This document shows, in pieces, positions 1-10,747 of a stretch of 57,016 nt of DNA. A program made the translations under genes and the position numbers. The DNA is taken from the NCBI GenBank assembly GCA_039683575.1, contig JBDKRC010000039.1, positions 1 through 57,016 of the forward strand, given 5' to 3'. Each line of letters opens with the position of its first letter. Position 1 is the first letter of the stretch. The DNA comes from Armatimonadia bacterium (GTDB lineage: Bacteria; Armatimonadota; Zipacnadia; Zipacnadales; UBA11051). The notes under the pieces were generated by a model that was not told where the DNA came from, ran no database searches, and saw nothing but the letters and a program-made list of their open reading frames with translations.

Positions 1-165
1 ACGCCCTCCCTCCGGGCCAGCCGCGCCCGAGGCGAAGGTGGCCCCCCAGCCAAGGGTGCACAAGCCGACAGGCCACCAACCCGCCTCCGACCACCCCTGG
101 CGCAAGTCCTACAAAGGGACATTTCTATCTGGCAGATAGAGGGACATTTCTACTTTGCGTTGACA
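1..165 (+). mobile_element. Right end of an ISNCY/IS1202-like insertion sequence (transposase C-terminus plus terminal repeat), truncated by the window edge
   Basis: Frame 2 reads ...HKPTGHQPASDHPWRKSYKGTFLSGR* (stop 137-139); P..DHPWR is a typical C-terminus of these transposases. The subterminal motif AGGGACATTTCTA occurs twice (115-127, 140-152) and the element ends in ...TTGACA (165). Confidence 0.7.
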
Positions 166-192
166 GGTGGAACGGGGAACGGCGGTGTCTGG

Positions 193-275
193 CGCGTGGT
201 AGGTGTGCTCCGCATGCGGGAAGCAATAGAGACCATGTCCCCATGTTCCGGCATGCGGAGCATGCCTACCACGCG
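193..275. repeat. Imperfect inverted repeat (REP/REPIN-like), 30-bp arms
   Basis: Arms 193-222 and 246-275 are reverse complements at 27/30 positions. Confidence 0.7.
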
Positions 276-286
276 TCTGAGAGTTC

Positions 287-967
287 TCAGTAGGCGCCCA
301 TGATGGTAGAGGACGAGAGCCACTTCGCGTGGCCGTCGAAGAAGGCTACGTTGCTGCCGCCGTTGTGGGCGGTGAGATCCTTGGTGGGATTGGCGGCCAT
401 GTAGGTATCATAGTGGCAGGCGTCGGGATATCTCAGGCGCGGATAGGCGAAGCAGTGGTCAGAGCCGAGGCTGGTGGGGTAGGGGGTGTCCGCCCAGGCC
501 GGGGTCTCGGCGGGGCGATCTATGGCTTCGATGTTGACTGAGGGAGTGGCGACCTGGGAGGGACCGTACCCGATGGACATGCCTGCGAAGGAGTCCGGGT
601 AGGCACATGAGCCCCACATGGGATGGCCGCCGCTGGTGTAGTTCACAATATCCGTCCGCGAGGGGCAGGCGAATATCTGAATGTTTTTGACGTAGGGCAT
701 GATTTGCTGCTGGGGGGCGAGGGCAGCGAGTTCGGGGCTCCAGCCGACGACGTCCGCCCGCACAGTGGGAGCGGGACACCAGCGGCCGTCATAGTCCTGG
801 GTGTACATCAGGGTGCCGTTGCCGATCTGCCGGAGGTTGGAGAGACAACTGGTCTGCCGGGCCTTTTCACGGGCTTTGGCGAAGACGGGGAAGAGAATGG
901 CGGCGAGGATCGCGATGATGGCAATCACGACGAGCAATTCGATGAGGGTAAAACCGCGCCGGGTCAT
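287..967 (-). CDS. DUF1559-family prepilin-type N-terminal cleavage/methylation protein with H-X9-DG motif
   Basis: [43 protein letters not shown]-terminal [17 protein letters not shown]. Start moved to ATG 967 behind a GGAGG RBS. Confidence 0.9.
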   Translation of the reverse strand: MTRRGFTLIELLVVIAIIAILAAILFPVFAKAREKARQTSCLSNLRQIGNGTLMYTQDYDGRWCPAPTVRADVVGWSPELAALAPQQQIMPYVKNIQIFACPSRTDIVNYTSGGHPMWGSCAYPDSFAGMSIGYGPSQVATPSVNIEAIDRPAETPAWADTPYPTSLGSDHCFAYPRLRYPDACHYDTYMAANPTKDLTAHNGGSNVAFFDGHAKWLSSSTIMGAY

Positions 968-1173
968 GGGGGTCACCTCCGCTGAATTGTACATATGCCG
1001 GACACACATTCCACAGAGAAGTGGCCTTCACCTGCCTGTGGTATTCGCTCACAGGAGCAAAGGCGGAGGTTTGGGTGTCTATCGGGGGAAATGGTCTGCA
1101 TATCAGGCGGGGCCGTCGCGCTCAGGGGAGCGCTCCTACCGTCCGACCTACTATGTTTCTGGAGGCCGTTCCG

Positions 1174-4100
1174 ATGATACGACCGCTGCCTATCCTCTTT
1201 GCGCTGATGCTCTTGGCTGTGCCCGTGTTGGCGCAAGGTCTGGATACTGACAATGACGGGCTGACGGATGCGATGGAGCGGGTACTGGGAACCGATTCGT
1301 CCTATGCCGAGAAGCTCGAGCAGATCGGGACCGACAAGACCAAGGACCAGGGCGATGCCGTCGGCAAGGACAACTATGCGCCGGGGCTGGACCTCGTGGC
1401 AGTGCATCTGGCGCATGTGGCGGCGGACCGGTATCTGTGGCGGATTGACTTCGCGGGCGACTATGACCCGTCGAATTCCGGCGTGATCATCTATCTGTAT
1501 GCGGATGATGACCCCAAGACCGGGCGGTCGGACATGGGCTGCGAGTATATGCTCGTGTGCGCCAAGGGCACGGGTACGGTCCGGGCGTTCGCGACCGATG
1601 GGAAAGAGACGCCGGGAGTGTGCCGGGCGGCGTGGGCGGGGCGGAGCCTGTACCTGTGCGCTGATCTGAACCTGCGGCAGGTCGAGGGCAAGATCGTGGG
1701 GACGTACACAACGCTGCACGAGACGCAGGAGCCCCACACGATGGTGGACGGCATCTCGCCCACCAAATTCGCGCTGGGCAGTATCTCAACGCGGCAGAAG
1801 GTGATTATGCCCGAGGACGAGACGCAGTCGCGGGGTATGCAGGTGACGTGGGGCTTCCGGGCGCTGGAGAATATCAAGCAGGACAAGGCGAACATCCTGC
1901 TGCCATCGTGGGAAGGAGAGTTGCAGGGGTATGAACTGAACATCCAGACCGAGTATGTGAACCGGCACGTGAAACAGACCGGCCGGCCGCCGTACACTGT
2001 TACCGTTACGGTTCCGAAGACCGGGAAGTACCATGTGGGGTTCTTCACCTACCAGGCCGGTGGGCGGCAGAACATGGTGGTGCGGCTCAATGGCAAGGAG
2101 ATCGGGCTGGCGGCGTCGACCGAGGGCAACAAGCGGCAGTGTTTGTTTTTCACGGAGCGGCCGCAGGTGCTGAAGGCGGGGGACAAGATTCAGCTTGAGA
2201 ATGTGTGTGGCCGAGAGCTTGTGGAGGAAGTCATCTTGCTGCCGCAGGCCCCGGCGCTGGTGAAGCTGGAGCGGAAACTGACTGATCTGGCGGCGCGGCC
2301 GGCTTTGACGACGGATGGGAGGCTCGTGGGTGAAGTGACCTTCATCACGACGTGGCCGGCGCTGTGCACAGTGACGGCGGAGGGGCAGACGCCGCAGACA
2401 GATCAGGAGCCGGTAGCGAACCACAGGTTCTGGCTTACTGATGTGAAGGCCGGGCAGACTTGTAAGGTTACGGTAGAGACGAAGACGCCGGAGGGGGAGG
2501 CGATCAGGCAGCAGACGAGCTTCACAGCGGCGATACAGCCGCCGCAGGGGAAGGTGGCGCGGGCAGAGCTGCCGCTGACTTGCGAAAATCAGTACCCGAA
2601 TGACCTGAAGGGTTGGCCGGTGACGCAGGGGTTGCCGTTCCCGCAGGGGGCGCTGGTGTCGGCAGATAATCTGCGTCTGCTCAACTCGGCGGGGCAGGAG
2701 CTCCCGCTGCAGGTGACAGTGCTCGGCTATTGGCCTGACTACTCGATCAAGTGGGCGCTGCTGGACTTCCAGACGGATTTGGCGGCGAAGCAGACTGCGA
2801 CTTTCATGCTGCAATACGGGACGGCGGTGAAGCGGCAGGCGGTGGCGCGGCCGCTCGTCATTAACGAGAGCGAGCAGGCGGTGACGGTGGATGCGGGGGC
2901 GATCAAGGTGGAGCTGTCGCGGACGCAACCGAACTTCATGGGCCGCATCTGGCTGGACGGGACCGGGGACGGGACGTTTGAGGCCAGCGAGCTTGTCAGC
3001 GGTCAGGGGCTGGGGACGAGCAAGGTGGCGATGGGGGGGAAGGCAAGCGTGGCGCAGGCGCCGACGGTTAGAGTGATGCGCCGGGGGCCGCTGCACTGCA
3101 TTGTGCGGGTGGACGGCGGCAACACTGTGGATAAGGCCAACTTCGGGGACCAGGTAGACCTGCACTTCTATGCGGGCAAGGCGTATGTCGCGACCAACCA
3201 CACGTTCGTCAATGCGAACACCACGCAGACGTTCACAAATCTGGATTCGTTGTACCTGTCGCGAGACCTGAACCTGGGCGGGAACGTGAAGGCGCGGTTC
3301 GGTGCTGAAGGGGCGGCTGCTGCCCCGGAGGCGGGCGGGGCGACGCTTTGGCAGGGGTTTGACGACCAGTATAAGGTTACGGGTCTGGGTGCGGAGCGGA
3401 CGGGGAAGCGCGCGGCGAACTGGGCGGACGCGTCGGGCGACAAGGCGGGCGTGACGGTGGCGGTGCGGTACTTGTGGCAGCTTTACCCGAAGTCCGTGAC
3501 GGTGCGGCCGGATGGGATTGACATCGGCATCATGCCGAAGTTCGCGCCGGGTACCTATAAGATATCGAAAGAGGGGCAGCTTGAGGACAAGCTCTACTAC
3601 TACCTGAAGGACGATGCATACCGAGTGAAGCTGGGGTTGAGCAAGCGGCACGAACTGCTGTGGGCCTTCCACGCTCCGGGCGCGGCTCCGGCGATTGCCG
3701 AGGCGACGGCTTTTGATGAGCCGCCGGTGTTGAAGGCGGACAAGGACTGGTATTGCGACTCGAAGGCGTTTGGGGACGTTCTCGCGGCGAGTCCGGAACT
3801 GGGCGGGATCTTTGCGGCCTATGAGAAGGCGACGGCGCAGGCAGTCTCGGACTTCCTGAACTCCCGTGAGAAAGGCCGCGAGTACGGGATGCTGAACTTC
3901 GGGGACTGGTGGGGCGAGCGCGGGCGCAACTGGGGCAACATCGAGTATGACAGCCAGTACGCGTTCTACCTGCAGTTCGTGCGCAGTGGCGATGAGCGGT
4001 ACTTCCGGCTGGGCGAGCAGGCGTCGCGACATAACCATGATGTGGACATGATCTGGGCGGGGGACCCGCACCAGATGGGCAAAGTTTATGCTCATTGCAT

Positions 4101-6192
4101 CGGACACACGGGGAACTACTATAGCCACGATATCAACGGCCAGGGCTCGCCGGGCGGCGGCTGCTCAGTGACCCATAGCTGGTGCGAGGGGTATCTGGCG
4201 GATTACTTCCTCAGTGGCGATGTGCGCGGGCTCGAGGGGGCATCTCTTTTGACCGACAACTACGATACGTACTACACGACCAACTACGATTGGGACATCG
4301 GCCGCACGAATGGGTGGCATTTGGTCATGACGATGGGGATGTACAGGGCGACGAGCGACCCGTTCTACTTGAACACGGCGAAGATCATCCTGGCGCGAAC
4401 GAGGGAGCGCGAGGACCCGGGCGGCGGGTGGATTCGCGAGATGATGCCGGGGCACTGTCTGTGTTTGCCGCGGCACCGGGGCGAGGCGGGGTTCATGCTG
4501 GGCATCCTGCTGTCGGGGCTGCGTGACTACAACGAGGTGGCCCACGATCCCACCGTGGACACGATGATCACGCGCGCTTCGCACTACATGATCCGGGAGA
4601 TGTGGGTGCCCGAAAAGAAGACGATGCGGTACACGAGTTGCCCGGTGAGTCCCTCAGGTGGAGGCCTCAGCGAGCTTGAGACCGAGGGCCTGATGCATGG
4701 GTACATGCACCAGCCGGACAAGATCCTGGGCGAGGTGTGCAAGCTCGGGACCGTCATATCCATCAAGGCTGTGAGCGGGTTCGGGAAGTCCTTCACCCAG
4801 CAAATTCGCCGCACTCCGGCGATCCTGTACCAGTTTGCGCAGCAGGATCTGGACAACTTCAACTTCAGCCCCGGCCAGAGCGTGCGGATGCTGCTGAAGC
4901 AGACGAACGACCGGGGGCTGACAGTGACAGTAAGGCCCCGGGGCGAGGGGCAGATTGGTGGCAAGGCGACGCTGCTGAGTGGCGACAAGGTGCTGGCCGA
5001 GGTCGCGCTCGACCAGCGGCCCTCAGTGATGATGCAACTGCCCGCCGGGACGCCGGTGGGCCTGTATACGCTCAAGATCGAGCCGACCGGGCAGGTGCCT
5101 TGGGATGTGGACTCGGATGTCGAAAAGCAGATCGTAGACTGCAGCCAGCCGGTGCGGTTCGGGCCGGGGGTGAAGATCCCGTCGTACATGGTGTTCCTGC
5201 CGGCGGCGGGGAAGACGACGTTTGCGCTCAAGGGGCTGGGCAAGGGCGGCTATGCGGCGCGGCTGCGGCCGCTGTATGGGAAGGTGCAGCCGGTGCAGGT
5301 GAGCTTCAAGGGCAGCGGGGAGCTTGTCGCGGACGCGGCGAAGGGGCAGACGGGGCTGTATGAGCTGACGCTGACGCAATGTCCGGGAGCGTTCGAGTTG
5401 CAGATCAAGGGGGCTCTCCCGTATCTGGGGTACTGGCCGAGCAACGTCTTCTCGCCCGGCGAGCCGGTGGCGAATATGACGACACAGGGGAGCCTGGGGC
5501 CCGGCAGCAATGGTGAGGTGACGTTTGACGCGACCTCGACCACTGACGCTGACGATGACATCACTCAATACCAGTGGGACTTTGGCGACGGACAGAAGGC
5601 AACGGGGCCGGTCGTGAAGCACCGCTGGGCGAAGTCCGGCGGGTATGTGGTGGCGCTGACGGTGAGCGACAAGCGCGGGACGTCGGCGCTGCTCAAGCGG
5701 CCGGTGCATGTGCCTCCACAGTGGGTGATGGCCCTCGACCCGACGCAGGCGGTGGTGCTGGAAGCGGAGGCGTTCACAGGGCAGGGGAAGGGCGAAGTGG
5801 GCGTCACGCAGCGTGTGGGATGCAACGGGAGCATGGTGACAAGGTGGGAATCTACGCTTGGGCACTGGCTGGAGTGGAAGTTCGCGCTGCCGCAGGCCGG
5901 GAAGTACAACGTGGTGCTGCGCTATTGCACGCAGTCTGAGGACACGAGGCGGGAGTTGACGGTTGATGGGCAAGCGGCGGGACCGGGGTTCGAGGAGGTG
6001 CGGCTGGCGAGCACCGGCGGGTACTCGACTGATGTGGACCAGTGGCAATACTACCGCGTTCCGGCTACTCCAGGTGGCTCGACGGACACTCCGGCGGTGC
6101 TGAACCTGACGGCGGGGACGCACACCTTGCGGCTGAGCAACCTGGGGGGCGGGTTGGGGCTGGATCAGGTTCTGATTGTGCCGGCGCAGTAG
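1174..6192 (+). CDS. Large secreted multidomain carbohydrate-active protein (PcRGLX/YetA-like exo-rhamnogalacturonan lyase-like core, PKD domain, C-terminal CBM6/35-like module)
   Basis: Signal peptide MIRPLPILFALMLLAVPVLA; DTDNDGLTD Ca-binding-like motif; GLPFPQG...YWPDYSIKWALLDF and YGMLNFGDW...WGNIEYD motifs; PKD YQWDFGDG; C-terminal LEAE...LTAGTHTLRL. Confidence 0.7.
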   Translation: MIRPLPILFALMLLAVPVLAQGLDTDNDGLTDAMERVLGTDSSYAEKLEQIGTDKTKDQGDAVGKDNYAPGLDLVAVHLAHVAADRYLWRIDFAGDYDPSNSGVIIYLYADDDPKTGRSDMGCEYMLVCAKGTGTVRAFATDGKETPGVCRAAWAGRSLYLCADLNLRQVEGKIVGTYTTLHETQEPHTMVDGISPTKFALGSISTRQKVIMPEDETQSRGMQVTWGFRALENIKQDKANILLPSWEGELQGYELNIQTEYVNRHVKQTGRPPYTVTVTVPKTGKYHVGFFTYQAGGRQNMVVRLNGKEIGLAASTEGNKRQCLFFTERPQVLKAGDKIQLENVCGRELVEEVILLPQAPALVKLERKLTDLAARPALTTDGRLVGEVTFITTWPALCTVTAEGQTPQTDQEPVANHRFWLTDVKAGQTCKVTVETKTPEGEAIRQQTSFTAAIQPPQGKVARAELPLTCENQYPNDLKGWPVTQGLPFPQGALVSADNLRLLNSAGQELPLQVTVLGYWPDYSIKWALLDFQTDLAAKQTATFMLQYGTAVKRQAVARPLVINESEQAVTVDAGAIKVELSRTQPNFMGRIWLDGTGDGTFEASELVSGQGLGTSKVAMGGKASVAQAPTVRVMRRGPLHCIVRVDGGNTVDKANFGDQVDLHFYAGKAYVATNHTFVNANTTQTFTNLDSLYLSRDLNLGGNVKARFGAEGAAAAPEAGGATLWQGFDDQYKVTGLGAERTGKRAANWADASGDKAGVTVAVRYLWQLYPKSVTVRPDGIDIGIMPKFAPGTYKISKEGQLEDKLYYYLKDDAYRVKLGLSKRHELLWAFHAPGAAPAIAEATAFDEPPVLKADKDWYCDSKAFGDVLAASPELGGIFAAYEKATAQAVSDFLNSREKGREYGMLNFGDWWGERGRNWGNIEYDSQYAFYLQFVRSGDERYFRLGEQASRHNHDVDMIWAGDPHQMGKVYAHCIGHTGNYYSHDINGQGSPGGGCSVTHSWCEGYLADYFLSGDVRGLEGASLLTDNYDTYYTTNYDWDIGRTNGWHLVMTMGMYRATSDPFYLNTAKIILARTREREDPGGGWIREMMPGHCLCLPRHRGEAGFMLGILLSGLRDYNEVAHDPTVDTMITRASHYMIREMWVPEKKTMRYTSCPVSPSGGGLSELETEGLMHGYMHQPDKILGEVCKLGTVISIKAVSGFGKSFTQQIRRTPAILYQFAQQDLDNFNFSPGQSVRMLLKQTNDRGLTVTVRPRGEGQIGGKATLLSGDKVLAEVALDQRPSVMMQLPAGTPVGLYTLKIEPTGQVPWDVDSDVEKQIVDCSQPVRFGPGVKIPSYMVFLPAAGKTTFALKGLGKGGYAARLRPLYGKVQPVQVSFKGSGELVADAAKGQTGLYELTLTQCPGAFELQIKGALPYLGYWPSNVFSPGEPVANMTTQGSLGPGSNGEVTFDATSTTDADDDITQYQWDFGDGQKATGPVVKHRWAKSGGYVVALTVSDKRGTSALLKRPVHVPPQWVMALDPTQAVVLEAEAFTGQGKGEVGVTQRVGCNGSMVTRWESTLGHWLEWKFALPQAGKYNVVLRYCTQSEDTRRELTVDGQAAGPGFEEVRLASTGGYSTDVDQWQYYRVPATPGGSTDTPAVLNLTAGTHTLRLSNLGGGLGLDQVLIVPAQ

Positions 6193-6210
6193 CCGGCAGA
6201 AGGCAATACC

Positions 6211-6244
6211 AAAGGCCCTGCGACATTTGCCGCAGGGCCTTTCT
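6211..6244. terminator. Probable bidirectional intrinsic terminator
   Basis: AAAGGCCCTGCG-ACATTTGC-CGCAGGGCCTTT hairpin between convergent genes. Confidence 0.75.
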
Positions 6245-6281
6245 GTTTGAAGCGTTCCGGTGTGCGGACCACGGTCCGCCC

Positions 6282-8993
6282 CTACTTGACTTCGAGACCT
6301 GCTACTCCTGTGGCTTTGAACAGATTGGACGCCATCAGCTTGCCGGCGTAGGGGAATTTCTGGTCCAGTACGGACAGGAGACGGTACATCGCCGACTTCA
6401 CGTCCGGGCCGGTCTTGCCGCTGACGGTCAGTACCCGGCCAGTCTGGTCGAGGGTGATGCTCTCTGGCCGCGCCTGCTTCGGGTCCACCTGCACCCGCAC
6501 GACGAAGGTGCCGGGAGCCACGCCGCGCTGGCGCACTACCGGCGTCGCCACAGGCTCCTTCACGTTCATTGCGTTCTGCAGGTAGTACGGGAAGTACCCC
6601 GCGAGGCGCTGGACGGCGTACTCTTCCTCCGGGACGGTCTGTGGTGAGGCGACGACTGTGAGGCCGGGCTTGTCGTTCTCGATCCAGGGAAGGCCCAGGA
6701 GCTTGCTCTGCAGGACTTCGAAGACCTGCGACTGGAATAGGACCTCGACGCGCGCTTTGGCTCCGGGGGCCACTGTCAGAGCGCATTCGGCCTGGGGGCC
6801 CTGAGTGATCAGCGCGAGTTTCTGGCCGTTGATGGTCGCCGAGGCTACTCGCATGTCGTCGGGGACAGGGAGAACGAGGCGGGTCTTGAGGCCCTTCGGG
6901 GCGTCAATCTCCAGTGACCAGCGCTGCTGGTCGGCGGTCTTGTCGGCCCGTGCGGTGACCGTGGCGTCCCCGCCACCGATGATCTCACCGGCTGCCTGCC
7001 AGACGGCTGGCTCGCGCGGGGACAGCGTGAACGGCACGAGGCTCTGCTCGCCGCGCAGTTCTGTGACGGTCGGCTTGCCATCGTGACTCATCAGGAAGAA
7101 CGAGCCGCTGCCGAGGTACTTGTTCTCAAGCTCCAGTCGCGTCTCGACCTTATCCGCGGTCATGTTGCCGGAACAGAGGTAGGTGCCGAGCCCCTCGCCG
7201 GCGCGCGTGACGAACAGGCGGCTGTCGGCCCTGGCCGCGGGGATGGGCTGCCAGCCCGCCACGGCGATGTCGGCGAGCAGCGGAATCCAGGCGGTGAGCC
7301 TGCGGTTGCCGATGGCTACGCGCGGGGTCGGCATGGCTGCCATCTGCAGCGAAGCCAGCAGTGCATGGTCGCCGAGACCCTTGAGCGCGTCGAGCATCTG
7401 CTCAGGCTTCAGGGTGGGGCTGAGCAGGTCCTCGTACTCGTAGGTCTCCCAGTACACCATGGACTTGTGGCCGAGGAAAGCGCGAAGCGACTGGGCGGTC
7501 CAGGTACTGGTGGAAGTGGGGTCGGCCTCGATCATGGCTGAGTCACAAGCGAACGCTGTCAGGTAGGTTGAGACAGCGGGGTTGGCCACGACGGCGAGCT
7601 TGTGGCCGTAGCGCTGCGGCAGAGTATGCACGTAGTGCATCAGGTCGGCGATGGCTACGCCCTCGTCCACGTAGACGCCAGCCTCGTCCCAGGCGCGGCC
7701 CGGTAGCGTGGGGACGGCCGGGCCGTAGTACCGCGCGCCACCGTTGGCGGTGTCGAAGGCGAATCCGGCTATCTCAAGCTCTTTCGCTACGTCGGCCATG
7801 TCCAGGCGCGACTGCTTGCCGAAGCTGGTGTTCATCGGGAAGACGCGCAGCTCATTGTCATGCCCGGTGACCCACGGGGTGTCGAAGTAGATCTTCGACT
7901 TCTTGTCGGTGATCAGACTGTCGGGATAGACCTCCTTCGCCAGCCGCTCCTCCGCCCAGATCTGGGAGGGGATGTAGAACATCATGCCCACGTCACAGTC
8001 ACGCTGCCCGGCAGCGAAGCGCTCCTGGCGCGTCTTGTGGTACTCCTCCAGCGAGACCTTGCGGTCATTTCCCATGGGGCGCACAGGCTCGTAGTCCCAG
8101 AACTGCGGTCGTCCGACGATGTCTCCAGTGCGCTTGAAGGGGGCGTAGGCCCACTCCCAGCCCACGCGCATGCGGCGGGCGAGCTCGCAGTCGTTACGGG
8201 TGGTCCAGGCGAGGTAGCTGCCACCGTTGAGGTTGGCGCGGGGGTCAACTCCCGGCGCGGGCACGAACAGCGAGGGATAGCGGGCGTAGAAGTGGTGCAG
8301 CGGCTCGTAGTAGCCCCATTTCGTCTGGAAGTTAGCAAGCAGGAACTGCACACTCTCCGTCCCGCCGGGATCAACCACGATGCGGTTGACGTGTTCCCAG
8401 ACTATGCCGCCGTCCACGGGCCTGGTGGTGCGGCGGAAGTAGGACAGGGTTTGCTCTGGTGAGACGCCCATGGCGAGGCAGTTCTGGTCGTCATAGAGGG
8501 CTGCCACCGGGAACTGGCCGGGGAAGCGCTCGGCGATGGTCTCCCGGTTGGTCGGAATCGGGTTGAAGCCCCACCAGAGGGTCATGTCGGTGCGGGGAAC
8601 CTGGACTTGCCAGCCCAGCTCCAGCAGGCGCTGTTCGGCGCCGGTGTTGCGGACACGAACCGTGACATCGGCCCACGGGCCAGAGGCGGCGAGGTTGTAT
8701 TCGAGCTCCAGGCCCGGCAGGGAAGCCGTAGCCTTGCCCTGTCCCTTGGCGGCTGTCATGCCCTCGAGGGTTATCGGTGGCAGGTCCACTTCCGGATCCT
8801 TGCCATCGCGCATGACGAACTGGCCCGTGGCGGCCAGTCCGGGGCCGGAGGTCTGGAATCTGGCCGCACCGGCCTCGAAAGAGAAGTCTCCCGCCGAGGT
8901 GTGCACCGGCAGGCGCGCGTCTTTCGCAACGGGTTGCGCCCACAGCGGGGCGGCGGCAACGATGAGTAGAGTTAGTAGATATGCGCGTTTCAT
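6282..8993 (-). CDS. Secreted hypothetical protein, possibly glycoside hydrolase-like
   Basis: Long ORF with signal peptide MKRAYLLTLLIVAAAPLWA; co-oriented with sugar-related genes. Function is inferred from context only. Confidence 0.7.
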   Translation of the reverse strand: MKRAYLLTLLIVAAAPLWAQPVAKDARLPVHTSAGDFSFEAGAARFQTSGPGLAATGQFVMRDGKDPEVDLPPITLEGMTAAKGQGKATASLPGLELEYNLAASGPWADVTVRVRNTGAEQRLLELGWQVQVPRTDMTLWWGFNPIPTNRETIAERFPGQFPVAALYDDQNCLAMGVSPEQTLSYFRRTTRPVDGGIVWEHVNRIVVDPGGTESVQFLLANFQTKWGYYEPLHHFYARYPSLFVPAPGVDPRANLNGGSYLAWTTRNDCELARRMRVGWEWAYAPFKRTGDIVGRPQFWDYEPVRPMGNDRKVSLEEYHKTRQERFAAGQRDCDVGMMFYIPSQIWAEERLAKEVYPDSLITDKKSKIYFDTPWVTGHDNELRVFPMNTSFGKQSRLDMADVAKELEIAGFAFDTANGGARYYGPAVPTLPGRAWDEAGVYVDEGVAIADLMHYVHTLPQRYGHKLAVVANPAVSTYLTAFACDSAMIEADPTSTSTWTAQSLRAFLGHKSMVYWETYEYEDLLSPTLKPEQMLDALKGLGDHALLASLQMAAMPTPRVAIGNRRLTAWIPLLADIAVAGWQPIPAARADSRLFVTRAGEGLGTYLCSGNMTADKVETRLELENKYLGSGSFFLMSHDGKPTVTELRGEQSLVPFTLSPREPAVWQAAGEIIGGGDATVTARADKTADQQRWSLEIDAPKGLKTRLVLPVPDDMRVASATINGQKLALITQGPQAECALTVAPGAKARVEVLFQSQVFEVLQSKLLGLPWIENDKPGLTVVASPQTVPEEEYAVQRLAGYFPYYLQNAMNVKEPVATPVVRQRGVAPGTFVVRVQVDPKQARPESITLDQTGRVLTVSGKTGPDVKSAMYRLLSVLDQKFPYAGKLMASNLFKATGVAGLEVK

Positions 8994-8994
8994 G

Positions 8995-9834
8995 TTACTT
9001 GGCCACCTCTGGGTACTGCACCGTCCGCACGTTGCCGCCGGGCTCGGTAACCTCGATCTTGTAGAGGCCATCCGCCGGCACGCCCGGCAGAGTCTTGTCC
9101 AGCCCCTGATCCGACTTGCCGCTCTCGAAGACTGCTTTGTCCTGCTCATCGAGCACCCGCAGCTTCTCTATCGGGCCCTTCACGCGCACGGTCAGGTCGG
9201 TCTTGGCCTCGGTGACCGAGGCGTCGTCGAACCAGGCCTCGCCGCCGGAGAAGAAGATGCCGAGGCTGATGGAGATCCATTCCATGTTCGGGAGGGTTTT
9301 GAAGGGCAGGCGGCACAGACGCCACTGGTTGGCGTCGCCGCCCTTCATGTACTCGGGCTTGAGGAAGGCCGGCACCAGGAAGTGACTGCGCATCGAGGAG
9401 TCCCAGAAGCGCTGGTCCACGGTCTTGCCGTCAGGAGTGCCGCCGTGGGCATAGATGAGCATCTTGCCGCCGCCAAGCCGATACCACACGCGCAGTACGT
9501 ACTCGGTATCCGGCTTCACGGGCACTGACTGGTTCCAGTAACCTGACATGATGCCGGTGCGGGCCATCACGCGCAGGCTTCCGGGGCCTGAGCGGCCCTG
9601 TGGCAGCCAGTTCTGCTCAAAATTCTCAGGGTTGGCAGTGCCGAACGTCCACTGCGCCGGCTGCCCCTGGGCGTCCACGGCCTCAAAGCCGGGGTTCTTC
9701 ACCAGGTTGGGTAGCGGCAGCGGAGGATTCGCCGAAACCTGCACCTCCGCTGCCCAGCCAGCCCCAAGCGCCAGTATCATCACAACTAACATCACTTGTC
9801 TGATCATCAGTAGCCTCACGTTCCTGCCTTTCAC
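8995..9834 (-). CDS. Secreted protein with CBM4/9-like carbohydrate-binding domain
   Basis: Signal peptide; NLVKNPGFE, QSVPVKPDTEYVL and AWFDDASV galactose-binding-fold signatures. Confidence 0.7.
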   Translation of the reverse strand: MKGRNVRLLMIRQVMLVVMILALGAGWAAEVQVSANPPLPLPNLVKNPGFEAVDAQGQPAQWTFGTANPENFEQNWLPQGRSGPGSLRVMARTGIMSGYWNQSVPVKPDTEYVLRVWYRLGGGKMLIYAHGGTPDGKTVDQRFWDSSMRSHFLVPAFLKPEYMKGGDANQWRLCRLPFKTLPNMEWISISLGIFFSGGEAWFDDASVTEAKTDLTVRVKGPIEKLRVLDEQDKAVFESGKSDQGLDKTLPGVPADGLYKIEVTEPGGNVRTVQYPEVAK

Positions 9835-10727
9835 TCTGTTGCCTGCTGTCTCTTCGCAAACAGCTCCTGCATGTATTTCAGACTGCGGCCCAGGGCCGCG
9901 GGCTTTTGCTCAAGCGGCACGTGCTCGAGGGTGATCATGTGGGTGTACTGGCCGCCATTCTCCGGAATGACCTCCACATAGCGCTCGAAGGGCGAGTCGC
10001 CTGTCCCCAGTTCAACGGAGTAGACGGCGTGCTTGTGCTCCGGCGGGGGCTGGAGTAGATGATCCTTCCACGCCACCACATGCACCCGCTCGGGGTAGTT
10101 TTCCAGGAGCTTCCAGCCCTCTTGCCTCAACGTTGTCATGTGCCCGATGTTCAGCGTGATGCCCGCCCGCTGGTCAGGAATGAGCTCGAAGTAGCGGCAA
10201 CAGTCGGCCACGGTTTCGAGCACTCCCTGATAGTGAATGTCGGGCGCGATCTTGATGTCCGCGGGCGCGGTCTCAAGGACTTGCCGCACCACTTCGACCA
10301 GGCGCTGCAGGTCTGCTTCTTTGTCGCAGCAGTCCATCAGGGGCGCGGGCATCGCACCGGCGTTGGGCAGCACGATGTCTGTGCCCAATTCCACGGCCAG
10401 ATCCACCAGCCTCGACAGCGCCGCCGCGGTCTGCTGCGCCTGTGCCTCGTCGGCCACCCGCATGAGGCCCTGGTACAGACAGGCGATCTGGAGCCCCGCC
10501 TCGCGGACCGCCGCTTGCACCGCTGAGAGGTCCGACTGCTCCATGTCTATCATCGCCGAGTGCGGGTCGGTATCGGCGGTGAGGCCCTCCTGCCCAGGCA
10601 GATGCATGAGCATGATGCCGCCATAGCCCAGCCCGGCCGCCTCCCGCAGCACCTCGCGGAAACTCTTCACCGGCTGGCTCCACTCCGTCAAGGCATGCAC
10701 GCTGGTAGAAAACACCATCTCGATCAC
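9831..10727 (-). CDS. Sugar phosphate isomerase/epimerase-like TIM barrel (AP endonuclease 2 family)
   Basis: LREAAGLGYGGI, LNIGH, HVVAWKD, ELGTGD and LEH motifs. Confidence 0.8.
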   Translation of the reverse strand: MIEMVFSTSVHALTEWSQPVKSFREVLREAAGLGYGGIMLMHLPGQEGLTADTDPHSAMIDMEQSDLSAVQAAVREAGLQIACLYQGLMRVADEAQAQQTAAALSRLVDLAVELGTDIVLPNAGAMPAPLMDCCDKEADLQRLVEVVRQVLETAPADIKIAPDIHYQGVLETVADCCRYFELIPDQRAGITLNIGHMTTLRQEGWKLLENYPERVHVVAWKDHLLQPPPEHKHAVYSVELGTGDSPFERYVEVIPENGGQYTHMITLEHVPLEQKPAALGRSLKYMQELFAKRQQATE

Positions 10728-10747
10728 CTCAGTCAGGTTCGGGGTGT

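Noticed and set aside
1786-6786. Long minus-strand ORFs (780 aa, 587 aa) and similar shadows across the window
   Set aside because: Arg/Pro-rich antisense products of high-GC coding regions with no motifs.
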